DNA of 64,000 nt from the human T2T-CHM13v2.0 reference genome, Homo sapiens, in the NCBI RefSeq assembly GCF_009914755.1, contig NC_060937.1; one strand, written 5' to 3'. Positions 43,806 through 60,034 of this stretch are shown here, piece by piece. A model generated the notes under the pieces. It was not told the DNA's origin, made no database searches, and worked only from the letters and a program-made list of their open reading frames with translations. Numbering within the stretch: position 1 is the stretch's first letter; each line of letters starts with the position of its first letter. The position numbers and the translations under genes were made by a program.

Positions 43806-43962
43806 GATTAGCCAGGCACCTAATAGTCCCAGCTAATCAGGAGGCTGAGGATCACTTGAGCCTGGAAGTTCATGGCTGTAGTGAGCTGTGATTGAACCTG
43901 TGAATACCCACCACACTCTATCCTGACCAACATAGCCAGACCCCATCTTTAAAAAAAAAAAA
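43806..43962 (+). mobile_element. Alu right-monomer (FRAM-like) fragment
   Basis: Diverged right arm with an A-tail. Confidence 0.8.
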
Positions 43963-45840
43963 GGATTAGAATTTCAAAGGGAGGAAGCTGACAATTTAGA
44001 TATAGATACGGATTTTTATGGAAGGATGAAGCTTTGGGATTGGGTGAGATATCTCCCTGACAGAGACCAAAGAAAGAAGAGACCTTGGGCAGTGCCTAGG
44101 CTTAGGGGACAGAATGAGGAGCCAGTAAGCCTGAGAAGGAGAAGTTAGGGAGGTGAAAGAAGCACCAGGACACTGCTCTATGACAGCCAAGGAAGCAGGG
44201 AGGTCAAGGGCCTTCCAAGTAACAATATCAAATGCTGCTGAGAGTTCTAGAAGACAGGCCTGGGGCCACTGTGGGGAAAAGGAGGGTTGGCTTTGGGAAG
44301 GAATGAACATGTACTTGGGGGTTGGTCAATAAGATGCTACATGGTATTCAGCACATAAGAAAAACTTACTGAGACTCTTAAGGTGTCCGATTTATTCTAA
44401 GATAGTTTTATGTATTTTATGCAATTTTTTTCTATTGTTAGTAAAAACAATCATTTTGTTGTTATTGCTCCTAGAGGCTTGGAACAAAATTAAGCAAAAG
44501 CTATAAGCATCTCCTTTTCCATCAATAATGAGTACATATTTTTCCTCACAGGATTACCCTGAGGATGGGTTATAGATAATGCCTGTGTGCTTTAAAAATC
44601 TGAAGCAGCAAACAAGAGCCACGTTCTGGTAAAAAAAACATTTAATTTTACTTTGTGTCTTCTTTTGAATGTGAAGAGACATCTGGGAAAAATACTGAAA
44701 GTAATAAGAGGTATGTGTGTGACTTTAATGATACTGAATGGAAAAAATACTGGATTTTCTCTGGAAGGTCAAAGGTCTTTTATCTATCCAGAATTGTCGG
44801 TACTACAACTGTTATTCTTATTAATTCTATTGATCTTTGCATGATGACAGAAAAATGTTATCGTAGACTCATGGGACTAAATGAAATCTTAGCAGAGCAT
44901 TTAAATTATTCTCCCCCACCCCCGCTTATACTCTCATCTCCCCCAGGACACACACACACACACAACCACGCAAGCTCCACTTACAGAGGATGAGAATGCA
45001 TCCTATTTTTAATGCTTTTAGGGAAGATGATATAATATTCCTGGATAATCCATATCACAATAGAAAAGCCTACACTTAGAGCAGGAAGGTGTGTGATCAC
45101 CTTCTGGGTTATAATGTAGTCCTTTTTTGTTTTTCCCTTGTCCTAAACCCAGAGGTTGGGGCTGGGAGCAGTTTTTACACCCAGCAGAGGAAAACAGGAA
45201 TTGATTGAATGGGTAAATCAGTAATAACCTATCTAAAAACCAAATGAACAAGGTCCTGTTATTAAAGCCATTCACAATAGCCAATACAATTCTGGTAGGA
45301 ATGTTGGGTAATTTCTTAGTGGCTGGATGGCTACTTTTACAGCCCTGGGACAATGCTGGTATTAGTTACTATTTGTCCAGTGAAGCAATTGAGCCAAGTT
45401 TATTTTAAAGGGGGGTCTCCAGAGTTTCCTTGGTTATCATACTTGTAATTCATGCAGCAAGTTAGCCAGTGGTGTTCTCAGGGAAGTGGGTGGTTAAACT
45501 TAAAACTGGCAAAGCAAGCAAGCCCTGAAGCCCTGGCATTTCAGCACCCCCACTCCCTACTGAGACCAGCTGAGACTCCACTCCCAAGGCCAGGCTGAAC
45601 GTCCACTGTGCCACACAGGGAGCTGTCACCCCAAACATACCAAATGCTTTCCACCCTCTGCACCTTTGCTCTCCCTGTCCTCATGCCCTTTCTCCTCTTC
45701 CCACCTGCATTAGTCTTACCTTCCAAGGCCCACCTGGAGCCCCATCTCCTCCACTACACCTTGACTTGCTGTGGTTCTCAGGAATAATTCCATTCTCTGA
45801 AAACCTGCACTTCTTATTAGAAACATAGGCCAGGCGTGGT

Positions 45841-46492
<652 letters not shown>

Positions 46493-46964
46493 TCACTTTT
46501 TTGTACCATCAGCTCAAATGGACTATAAAACTGGATCTGATTTTCCTTAGAGAGCTCTTATGACAATTAGACTAAGATATCCTATCATATGTTTGAAAGC
46601 ACCTTGTAAAATAGTCCACATTAAAAATACACCCTATAGTATTTTTTCCTGACATTTGCAGAATTTTTCATAAAAGCCATATAACAATATTTAAAAGGTT
46701 AGAAATCAGATCTCTTTACAATGGGGGTTTTAATTGGAAGGATTATAATGCATAATGTAAATTATACTTTCATGTTTGTTCTGGTAGCTCCTTTATTGAC
46801 ATGACCCCATCTCTGATTTGACATTTAATAGGACTTAGAAGGGTAGGAGGTTTTCTGTTTGTATATCACAACATTTAATTGCCTGTTCTCTCACTGGGAA
46901 GGCATGAGAAAGACACTTTGTATAATTAAAATAAATAGATAATACTGATGTAGAAATGGATGTA

Positions 46965-47150
46965 AATATAGATAAGTTTAATCTTCACAACAGGCCCAGG
47001 AGGTGGACAATATTCACATCCTCTTTTACAGATAAGGAAACAGAGAACAAAACAGTTCAGTAACTTCCCCAAGGTCACACAGCAGGTGACCAGCTGGGAT
47101 TCACACCTGGCATTCTGATCCCAGGGTTCACATGCTTGCTTAGTCACTTT
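46965..47150 (-). mobile_element. MIR SINE
   Basis: TTTAATCTTCACAACA...TTTTACAGATAAGGAAACAGAG...CCCAAGGTCACACAGC. Confidence 0.85.
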
Positions 47151-47419
47151 ACTGTGACAAGGCAGCAAAGAGCTGAGCAAGATTTGATTCCATTTAATTT
47201 GAGCATCATTTATTGGACATTTACTAAATGCCAAGATCTATGCTAAGTGCTAAGGATGAAAAATGAATATGATAAGGTCCCTGCACTCAAGGACAATGTT
47301 CTCAGACATGACTCATAAAAACACATAATTTTAATACTCTTGCGATAAAATAAATGCATGCAAGACAGAGAAGAGTTACTTATCAGACAGATGTTTTATA
47401 GTTTGACTTATTTATTTTA

Positions 47420-47761
<342 letters not shown>

Positions 47762-48786
47762 GGTGGAGAATACCCCTACCGTCACACACACACACCCCCA
47801 CCCCCCACCCCCCCCACACACAAATTCAAGTTCATCCAGTTGGTATAGACCTTTCCTCTGTGTGCTTTCTTAGGTAAGACTGCATGCAAACGAGGGAACT
47901 GTCTCTGCCCTGGCCCTGAAGCAAGAAATTAGTCAAAGGGGGAGGCAGGAGAGGATCTGGTAAACAGATGCAAGAGAATACAATGGTGTCAATGCTGTCA
48001 GAGAAGAAAGAACAAAGTTCCCAGAGAAGCTATTTGAACTAGACCTTGAAGAACAAACAGGCAATTGACAAGCCAAAGTGGGGCTCAGGCAGAGAGGTGT
48101 AGAGCAGGCTAGGCCTTTCCAACCAGAGGGTACCCGTGCCAGGTTCAGGTGGGGAAGGGGGGTGTGTTCAAGGTGAGGGAGAAGGAGAAGGTCAGTGTGT
48201 CTGGAGCATAAAGTGCAGGGGCAAGGGTGGCACAGCATGGCATGGCAGACAGAATTGGATTGAGTCCAGACAGTGAATGGTCTTACAGGCCTGGCCCAGA
48301 ATTGTAGACATAATCACAAAGGCAATGAGGTAGGAACAAATTCTAGAAGCAAAAATATCACTGACTGACTTTTTTCTAATTTTAGATCACCTCTACGAGT
48401 ATATAGGAATGCTATGTTCTGAGGAATGTATATTTGAGGGAACAAATGTCCTCTGAGAAAATAAATTTAGTAGATGCCAAATATTATATTACCTTATCAG
48501 AATTTTACAATTTAGACTAATATAAAAATATTAAACACTTTGACCACTTTGGCAGTAAGAAAATCTATTTGCTTACTCCAATCTTCATTAAATTTATTTA
48601 ACCATTGAATTTTTTTGCTCCCTACCCCCTACAAAACGCCTATTAAACGCTTCACAGTTGACTTATGCTAATAGGCAATAAGGGTGTGACCCAGGAGAGG
48701 CTATATACATATGGGCACATACATTACATATTCAGAAAAGCATTCAGAAGAAAATGCTCATAGAATTTTAGAAATTATAATTCCTT

Positions 48787-49108
<322 letters not shown>

Positions 49109-50579
49109 AAAATTCCTTGATTATATATTAAGGATCTGCTTCTTTAATTACTTTCAAGTGTTTTCAATATTATTTCTTGGAATATGAATAATTCATTCCT
49201 CGATATGGTTTTGCATAATGATACATCAAAGTCAAAATACCATCCAATAATTTCCCACACCTGCCCCCTCTAGGGCTTGTCCTTTAAGTTTCCTACAGAG
49301 ACGGAACTGACTTGTCCATGGCCACAAAGGATGGGATGGTCACATGAACTCCATAAGCTGAAGATCTTCTTGGCTCCTAGCGCAAACGCATAGACCAGGA
49401 GACCAGGCTACGCTGCCATCATAAACGAAGCATGGCATACCTTGCAGGCACTGAGTCATGCAGAATTGAATGTTCTTAGTGGAATTATCTGATGTTCTGT
49501 GTTCTGTTGGGTAACTTCAGGTCACTTGCCCTGAATTTTAATTTTAATTTCTTTCGAGCAAATTACATTTCAAGTTAAGTCAATCCAGTTATAGAAGTTG
49601 TGCCGAATCTCCCTGGCATCCAGGGCTTTTGCGGTGCTGTGCCCTGTCCCCTCCCCACAGGTAACTCCTACTCTCCACTGTCCTCAGCTGAAATGCCACT
49701 TCTCCTAGACCCTCCCCACACTGGGCAGATCGCTGATATCAACTCTCGGGATGCCATGTATCTCTTCCTACTTAGCATTGATATCATCTGTAATTGTAAG
49801 TTTATTTATGTGGTTATTTGTTTACTGTTGGTCCTTTCAGTAGGCTCTGAAATCTATGAAGGGAGGGACCCTGATTCTGCTCGATATTGCATTGTAGCAT
49901 CCAGCACACAAATGTTAAGTAAACAAATAAACATGGATTCAAGAACTCTAAAAGGCCATAATTTAAGAGAGTAGAAATTGTGACTCTACATATATTGGCT
50001 ATAGCCTAGGCCTCATTTGAAATTACAGAAAAATGCGATTCCATTGGTAACAAATAGGCTATCTTATGTTTGAAATTACAGAAGAACATGATTACATTGG
50101 TAACACTGATAAGAAATAAATGCTCTTCCACCGATAAGCATTATAGAAAAATGGTATTCCTATGATTTAGCTATTCTGTTGATAGCTAAATAAATATTAG
50201 CTATTACTATTATAATTAGTGAACAACGTAAACTTAACTGCCTTTAGTATCATTCCATGATATCTAGCTTCCAGGCAGTACTTTATTTATATACGCAACA
50301 TAATTGGCATTTACATACTTTAAATATTTTTGGCCTAGTGGGTCTGGGCTGGTCTGGGATGGTGGGTAACATCTAGTTAGAGCTTCCATTATAAATTGAA
50401 AAATGAAATATTGGAAATCAAACTTTCAAAATTTATTTAGATTCCCTCATAAGACATTTCATGTTTCTCCCACTATTTCCCTTTCTTTGTCTCACAGACA
50501 TGCCACATGGGTAGCGTATGCTTCCTTTGAGGCTGAGTTTACCACGGAATACTACACACGGAGAAGAATCTGGCAGTAA

Positions 50580-50717
50580 GGCTGGCCACAGTGGCTCATG
50601 TCTGTAATCCCAGCACTTTGGGAGTCCCAGGCAGGAGAATCGCTTGAGGCTAAAAGGTCGAGGCTGCAGTGAACTCCCACCTGGGCAACAATGTGAGACC
50701 CTGTGTCAAAAAAAAAG
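50580..50717 (+). mobile_element. Monomer-length or internally deleted Alu
   Basis: Left-arm start fused to right-arm-like sequence and an A-tail. Confidence 0.8.
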
Positions 50718-50790
50718 GTCTGGCAATGGCTTCTGCAGGGACCAGTGTAACTGGCACACAGTCAGTGTTTGATTTGAAATACAAAGCTGT

Positions 50791-51114
<324 letters not shown>

Positions 51115-52295
51115 AACACGAACACGAAGCTGCACATTCCCTTTCTAGTCATCTGCATGTCTCATGCACCTGGTACTTTTCTCCTTCGTGAGTTTGTTTT
51201 TCTACCAGAAGTTTTCATCCATGAGGAGGTGGAGTGTCGGGGGAGGGGAAGTGGTTTGGCCAGCTAAATGTATACAGCAGGGAGCTCGTTCAAGGGCACC
51301 AGGTTCGATTATTAATTTAGCCTGACCAACCAAGACAACAGAAGGCTAGAATTCAAACTTTGATTGCGTGGTTCTATTTAATGTGTCACCTGCAAGATAA
51401 ATTATCCCTGGGAGAGCAACTTGGTTGGCTAGCCCAGCTCTACAGCAAAGATAACTAAGGCTTAAGGACAGTGTCTTGTACAATGAGGTCTGATCACAGG
51501 CTGTACTCAGATAAAAGGAACAGTGACATTGCTTTGAATCTAACAACCAATAATAACAACTAGGTAGCTTCTTCCTTTAGCTTTAACCCTGCTGTTTATT
51601 ACTTGGTGGCTGTTGAACGGAAATCCTTCTCTTCAGTTTCTAAATCAATGGTTAAAGCACTGTCATGTTGCCAGCCAAGCTAAGAGTCCGGGAAGCTGAC
51701 TGTTAAATCACAGAAACCACTCAGTAGGGTTTGTTAAACACTGACCAATCCATATTTTAATGCATCTTAAGAGTACTCTGTGTCCACTGGCCCGAGAAAG
51801 CAAATGCTTTTGAATCACGTCATTTAATATTAATAAGCTGCAATGAACTTTAAAATGTAGCAGTTATGTACTGTAGCACAAAAGTAAATAATCCTGGAAG
51901 TAGAGTAGTACAACAGTGAATTAGCATAAAAATAGAATATACTAATTTGAATTGTAGAATAAGGACTCAAAGTACAGAGTATTGAAACTACTCTAATGGT
52001 TTAGTTAATGACACCCACCGTGTTCTACAGAAATGTAGTCCTCAAACTCTTTGATCTCTTCATCCACTGTGGTACTCATATCCTGCCCATCTCCTTAATC
52101 CTTACTCCACCCACCTCTACCCTCAAAAAAGACTGCATGCTGAGCAAGGAGGGACTTAGTTAAATGTGCCCAGGGCTCCATGGGAAGAGCATGGGTGGTA
52201 AACTAGCAGAGAGCAGATGACCTACATATGGAACCAAAATGATGGCAGAGAATAGAAAGAGACTCCAAAGAATATACATAATCTTTTTCCTGAAT

Positions 52296-52546
52296 CATGT
52301 CTGGGTTGATAATAGTTTCAACACACCTTGGAAATCCAGATTTTTAGTTTGGAAGAAAGGTTCGGAATATATATATATACACATGCATGTCTGGATTGAT
52401 AATAGTTTCAACACACCTTGGAAATCCAGATTTTTAGTTTGGAAGAAAGGTTCGGAATATATATATATATATATATGCATGTCTGGGTTGATAATAGTTT
52501 CAACACACCTTGGAAATCCAGATTTTTGGTTTGGAAGAAAGGTTCG

Positions 52547-52592
<46 letters not shown>
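52296..52592. repeat. 3-copy ~90-bp tandem repeat, each copy ending in (AT)n
   Basis: Units start at 52296, 52386 and 52478 (CATGTCTGG...GGTTCGGA) and end in (AT)6, (AT)10 and (AT)22. Confidence 0.96.
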
Positions 52593-52595
<3 letters not shown>

Positions 52596-52907
52596 GAAAA
52601 CAGAAAGGGAAATTGCTCTTAGATGCATCCATAGAGTGTCAAAGTAAGAAAGTTTTCAAAATGAAAAAAAGGCAAAGTGCCTATTTGGTACAGCTGTCCT
52701 AAACTGTGAGCACAGGAAAAAAGTAAAATTGATCAGAAAAATAGGAAAGCAGAAGCCAGAGGAACTGGTAACTGAGTAAAAGAGTATTTGCCCAGAATGG
52801 TAAAAAAAAAAAAAAAAAAAAAAAATGACCAGCATTTTTACCTGTTTAAGAGCAGAGATAAAGGGGAATGAGAAGGGTAAACCAGATAACTAGATTCTAA
52901 AAGCTTA

Positions 52908-53235
<328 letters not shown>

Positions 53236-54351
53236 TAAAAAGCTTAAACTTAAGCCTAATGTGTGAGTCAAATTGAGTAATAAGAGTAATAATACTAAAT
53301 TTGCAATTATTTCCTTGCTTGCGTTTATTCATTTGCTCATCAATTCATTATTTATTCATCAGGTATGTTGATATCAGCTGAATTCAACTGCATGCAAACA
53401 CAAAGCAGCTTCACTCTCTTTTTCAACATTTTGTCTTGAAACCCTCCCTGTGAACCATTTGTTCCTCACCCTGGATGAAAACCCAAGTGCCATGGTTCTT
53501 TGATTCACATAGCTAATTAAAAGTAACCTGGTCACATTTGGTCCTAAGGACAACCTCATTTTCATAATTGAAATATCCAGTCCACTGTAATTATAAAAAG
53601 CTTCAAATTGGATCCAAGATTCAAGGTTTTCTTGCTCTTCAGTTTCCCCTTTCTCCCCTACCCTGCTCTTGTTAAATCACCCTGCCTTCCTCAGGGGCTC
53701 CAGGAAGAGAAAATGTCTTACATGCTGAGCTAGCGGGTCACATGAGCTCCATATGGTCACCCTCCAGGTATGGTAAATTCCCAAGGCTGATTCTTCTCCA
53801 GGAGGGCACATTGCTGGGGTTCTTTCTCAGCCCTGGGTGTGTGGTGGCCTCCCCCATCCAGGTCCCAACAGGCAATTCTCAAGGTGACCTCCTCTGGGGG
53901 GGTCGACGTGCAGCCTGGAACTAAGGGACGTGTGCCCACTGCCATTAGTAGGAGGGGTTTCCTCCTAGTGTCTCTTTCTGTTCTCTCATCATGGCAGGTA
54001 GACCAAGGCAGAGCCTTTTTGCCTTTATGTTTCCAGAAGTCACCATTTCCTGGGCCCTCCAAAGTCCAGAAAATATACGCCAAGTTCTCTGGTTCTCTTG
54101 TGGCACTGGAATCCTGGGGGCCCCTTATCTGACTTGGGGTGAGAGAAAGCCCAGCATATTGACTGCTCCACCAAGAACAGACCTGCCCTCCTCACTCTTC
54201 TACCTTAATTTAAACTTTTTTAAAATTTCGAGGTGGCTGATGGGCTGAGAACAGACAGGGATTTTTACAACCTTCTTTGCCAATTCTGCATAGGCCTGCT
54301 AATATCTTGGTTTGGTTGGGTTGACAGGTGGAGGGACATGTCACCTAATTT

Positions 54352-54636
54352 TCTTTCTTTAGAGATGGGGTTTCTGTTGCCCAGGATGAAGTGCAGTAGT
54401 GCAACTATAGCTCACTGCAGCCTTGAACTCCTGGGCTCAAGTGATACTCCCACTTCAGCCTCTCCAGTAGCTAGGACTAGAGGTATGCATCACTATGCCT
54501 AGCTAATTTATTTTTAGTTTTAGAGATTGGATTGTGCTATATTGCCCATGCTGGTCTTGAACTTCTGGCCTCATGCAATCCTCCCACTTCAGCTCCTAAG
54601 TTGCTGGGATTACAGAAGTGCGCCACTGAGACCAGC
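54352..54636 (-). mobile_element. AluJ-like
   Basis: Diverged reverse Alu. Confidence 0.9.
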
Positions 54637-54871
54637 TGTGCGTAATGTTTTCATCTCAATAGTAGGGAATCTCAGGTGAAACTGACTAAAGTGGTTGTGC
54701 TTTATCATGGGGTTATAATGAACAGAAACATTCTAGTCTGTGCCCATGTTTGCTGGCCCTGTGCTAAGTGCTGGGGATTCAAAACAAAACAAAAAACCGT
54801 GGTGACTTGTCTCAAGGAGTCCACAGTCAAGGATGCACTCCCCTGTACTGCCCAGTCTGTGTTTAAGTGGT

Positions 54872-55310
54872 TGTTATGCTGGACCCCTATTCACTCCAAT
54901 AGGGATGGCATGAGTCCAAGAGGTTGAAGAAGAGATCTGGAGAGAGTGAACGAGATATAAGGTTTATTGGGGAATTTACAGACAGGGACAGTGCAGTGGC
55001 AGCAGGCTGGACAGGAGTACCGCTACTGATGGTAAAAAGCCTGATGTTAGTATAACATTTTCACTTAGCACCTTCCACCTAGCAACCTCCATTTAACCCA
55101 GCACCAAGGGCCTCTATCCCCTGTATAGCCTGTGTTTCAAAGGATGGGACTGGGGTCCAGATGTCCTTCATGGACAAGGAGTGAAACTCCAGATTGGCCG
55201 CTCCCAGATTCTTTAGCTTGGGACTCCAAACACACACTCTCCTTAGACCACAGGGTCATTCTTGGGCTATGCCTCAGTTAAATTATTGCTTTCAGATGCA
55301 TCGGCCATAT
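54872..55310 (-). mobile_element. LTR47-like ERVL solo LTR
   Basis: GACCCCTATT...GTTTATTGGGG...TTTTCACTTAGCACC...GCAACCTCCATTTAACCC...TTAGACCACAGGGTCATTC matches the reverse complement of the recalled LTR47 consensus. Confidence 0.72.
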
Positions 55311-56286
55311 GGTGGTCTTTCCTCTGTAAGCACATGAGTGTCCTGGGCTAAGAAGCTGGGAAGGGGAAAAGGACAAAAGTGAAGGGTATGAGGGGAGCTA
55401 GAGTTCAATGGTGCCTTTCTATAAGGTGGGGACTGCAACATAGAGTTTCTCTTCCCCAACCACCAGAGGCGTTAAAATTAGGAGGCGAGCAGAGCCAACA
55501 GGAGTTGAAAGCTGTGGTCCACCAAGCCCCAGACAAATCTAATGGCTTGGTGAACAGTAGGAACTGAAAACAGACATCAAGACTGAGGTTCTGAGAACTA
55601 AAGGAAAACTGAGCAAAAACGACCAGGTTTAGAGCAAGTAGCCAGAGATCAAGAGTGACTGCCTAGAAGAGGCCAGTTTGTGCTTGCCTTTATCCACCAG
55701 CAGAGGCATAATATCTTAGTGGATGGGCAAAGTTAAAGGGCCAGGGCAGTGCAGTCACGCACAGGTCTAACCGCAGGGCCACACCCTGCAGAGGCAGCTC
55801 TGTGTGGATTTGGAGGAGCTCTTTAGCTGCTGGGATTGTTGCTCAAAGCCTATAGAAGTTGGGGCCCAAGCTGAGTACATACCCACAAAGGAGGAATCTG
55901 GCTTCAGAGTTCAGCTAAGTCACATCTCTTCTAGAATGTTGTCATCCATTTGGAAGTCAGTAAGCTGCTGCCCTGCATTGCTAATTCCCCTTTGTAGACA
56001 CGCCCTATCCTCTGACTTGCACAAGCCTATGGACCTGAAATTACCTACTTGGTTCTCTGTCTAGCAGCCTGGCAGCCACACCAACGTTACTCAGATTAGC
56101 AGGCTGAGATCTGTCCCAGACTCTAAGATCAAACCTAATCTCAGTAGCCTTATATGGGAGGCATTGAGCATTGTGTCAGTGTTGCTGCCGGTGCCTTGTG
56201 ACTTCAGTGTCCTGAGCTCCTAGTACCTCGCTGACTCTTTACATCTTTGCCTCATCAATCCTTCAGTCCTTGAGGTTAGGGGTCCT

Positions 56287-56631
<345 letters not shown>

Positions 56632-59600
56632 TAAGGTATGTGAAACTGGTATGTAAGGAAGAATGAACCCACTAATTGAACAGTTTGAGGAGGGAAAGGG
56701 TCCTTTCTCCCATCATTTGAGAGAGCTATGGTGGGAGGAACTGTGGTGGAGGAAAGCAGAGAAACCTTCTGGTGGAGGAGCGAGGGAGTGAGCTGGGCCA
56801 GGCCAGGTGCAAATTGCTTCTCACTGCATCCTCTCCATCATCTACCATTTTCAGCTATTTATTTGCCTGCTATACTGTAATAATATGGGTTTACAATCTT
56901 TTTTCTATCGTAAACTACAGAGAACATTTTAAAAACACCCTTAATTAATTCACATGAGAAATTAATTATTCTTATAGTCACATTGTTCATTCACATTTAA
57001 TTACTTCTAAGTGCATAAATAAAATTTAAAAGTTTACTTCCATTAAATTTATATTACATGGTCATATAATCTAATAATTATGCCAATTGCAATTAAAATG
57101 AATTTACTACATTAATTTCATCTCATTTATCTTCGTTTATTATGTTTGAGTGTAAGGTAATCTGTAATTATGCTTAGGAAGCAAGAATATCCTGTAATTT
57201 TGACCTCAGTATCTTCACAAGTCTGGAAGTAATTCAAAGGGTTTTTAAAGCTACACTGCTAGAAGTCTGACTTATTTTCTCATCTTATTTTAAAATATCA
57301 GTTGAAGAAACAGAAATGAGAATGATCCACCCTTCTTTCGTGCAAGGATAAAATAGAGATATGGAGGCCATTTTCAGCAGCAAAATTTCATACCGTCATT
57401 GGTGCCTGTGGAATCTAGATTAGAAGAAAAGATGCTAGGGTCTGGAAAAGGTAAAACACCCAGAAAATTCAATTAAAAGTATGTCTTTAGTACTTACTTT
57501 ATGAGCAAAGGTATGCAAGCTATTAATAAATATAAGAAAAAAGTATTCTCATCTTTGATAATTTTATAAAAGCTAGAATTGTTGAGATTAACTTCAGTTC
57601 TGAAATCTGAACCAAAGACTGTTCTCTGGCTTTTATGTTGCTTTGCCCAAGAGTGACATGGGTCAATTGCCTTAGGATATGTTTACCATCAACCTGGTGT
57701 TTTAATAGAACTTGAGTTTTGCTACCCAGCTCCCTGGAACACCTGACTTTGTTAGAACAAGTTACTAGGAATTCCAAGAGCACCAGCTCTATCTTGTTTT
57801 GCAGCGCAAGCTTTACTCTACTTGAGAATGACAGAGGGCACTGGGAGCTCCAACCTCTTCATAAATTTGTATCATTTGTTACAAAGAAGAAATAAGAGGG
57901 CAAAAATAAATGAATGCAAATCTAACATCACTATTGGAAATATAACTCAGGACACACACTTTGTGTCAGGAATGCTATGGTCAAGTATGAAGAGAGAGTT
58001 GTTATTCCTGGTCCAGGAAGAGAGCGAGCTCCCATTCTAGCTCCTTTAGAGAATAATGCAGGCTTTATCTCTGGTGAATATCATACTAGTGGCTAGAAAA
58101 CCCTATCCGTCATTAAGATGCAAGAGTTCTTTACATTTTGCACACTGGGCCAGAAGGAGAACTACTCTAGATGCATCGTTAAAAATCTCTGTGTCCCTTT
58201 TCTCCTCTAGATAAGTTTATATATCATATTTTCAGGTGCAGTTTCATGGACTGGTTCCTACTTCTGTCTTTCTTTAACAGGACATACTGATTTTATCAGG
58301 CAGCACTTGAATTCTGGTAACAATTCAGCTGGTTGCTTCTTAAAGTATGTGTGTCACAGAAAGGATTTTCCCTTCTTATTGACTAGAAAACATCAGAGTC
58401 TGGGTTATCACAAAAATATAACAAGAAAACATCATTAATTATTGTTAAGAAAATTCACCAAGAATACAAAACTTCATTTTATTTTAAAACAAGTGACTGC
58501 ATCTTAAGAAATGGAAAACAATTTAGATCAGGTTTAACATTGTGATTGTGTGCTCTAGGTAGTGAAAAGCAGAGCCAACGATATTGACAATCAGCAAGAC
58601 GAAACCCTTCAAAATAAGCAGATCATGTGGTATATGTTCTGTCTTTTAACATTCACTGCATTTACCAAAATCATGGCTGATTGAAATGTGTGCAATTTGT
58701 TTTAAAATCGGATTCAAGGTGTTTTGCTTTGCAAGTAGGAACATTTACCGTAAATCAAGGTTGCAAGAGCAGTGTTGCTTTAGTGAGATAAATGTCCCCA
58801 GTATACACAAGGCTGATATACAAGACAATCACACCACATATTACTTTAACACATAATTTGGAAACATTTCTTAAGAATCTTAATACATCTAGGCAGCTTA
58901 TTATGGACGTGACAGAATCAGTTATAAATGACCGTTAGGTGGGCTTCACAAATGATGGAAGAAGGAGTGTTTTGGTAAAGACACTTAGGACAGCTCAGGA
59001 AATCAGCCGGGGAGCAGAGGCCATATGTTGTCAGCTTTGCGTCAAAATGTGCTCACCACATCATTACTGATGACTCTTCTCTGCATGGGGCTGTGATCTC
59101 TCGAGCAATCTCTCAGTGGGACTGCCAGTGGCCTTCAGAGTTTGCCCTGCTTCAGAGGAAACACCTTCCTGCCACATGGAAGAGGCCTCTTGATGGGATA
59201 CCAAAGAAAGATTTGCAATACTTATGATTTTTTGGAAAGAACTCAGAGAAGAGTGAAATGACTGCCTTTTGGAAAAGCTCCGTGATATAATATCCTAGAA
59301 TATTATTGCTGCAGAGGGCTTTAGCAGCACTGTTACTTGATTCTGTGGCGTAAATTCTTCCCTCAACTTCTTCGTTTTGCAGGTGGTGAAACAGAGAGAG
59401 AAATTCAGTTGCTTAAGATTGTATAGACATCCTGCAGATTCGTAATCTAGCTCACAATTATTAATCAGAAGTTAAAATGCACAGAGGGCCCCTAGGGTCC
59501 TATAATATGCTTTGCTTCTCCACCTTGTTTTTCTTGCAACCTTGTTGTGTTTGCCCATGTGCGTTCTTTGCTAAGTGTTCATGCCTGGTGACCCCATGCC

Positions 59601-59743
59601 CAGCAGGCTGGATGTGTGGATGGGAAAATATTATAGAGGATGAAGACACTCATATTGCCTTTGGATGTGAAGGATGCCATGTTGATTTGGCCATATCTTC
59701 ATATTTGATCCGATGAGGTGGAATGAATGTGGTCATCAACTTC

Positions 59744-60034
59744 TTTTTTTTGAAACAGAGTCTCACTCTGTCGCCCAGGCTGGAGTGCAGTGGCGCTATC
59801 TCAGCTCACTGCAACCTCCGTCTCCTGGATTCAAGTGATTCTACTGCCTCAGTCTCCCAAGTAGCTGGGACTACAGGCATGTGCCACCACACCCAGCTAA
59901 TTTTTGTTCTTTTAGTAGAAAAGGGGTTTCACCATGTTGGCCGGGCTGGTTTCAAACTCCTGACCTCAGGTGATCTGCCCGCCTCAGCCTCCCAAAGTAC
60001 TAGGATTACAGGTGTGAGCCACTGTGCCCGGCCT
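59744..60034 (-). mobile_element. AluS-like
   Basis: Reverse Alu; diverged TSD TGGT(C/A)ATCAA. Confidence 0.94.

Noticed and set aside
49258-49280. CTCF-like motif (minus strand CCCTAGAGGGGGCAG)
   Set aside because: It mismatches the core CCASYAG and cannot be supported without ChIP data.
51252-51312. tRNA-like segment with a GGTTCGA B-box-like motif
   Set aside because: No convincing cloverleaf or acceptor stem. At best it is a decayed tRNA-derived SINE head.
52239-52702. ORFs with YIYIYI runs
   Set aside because: These are translations of the 90-bp/(AT)n repeat.
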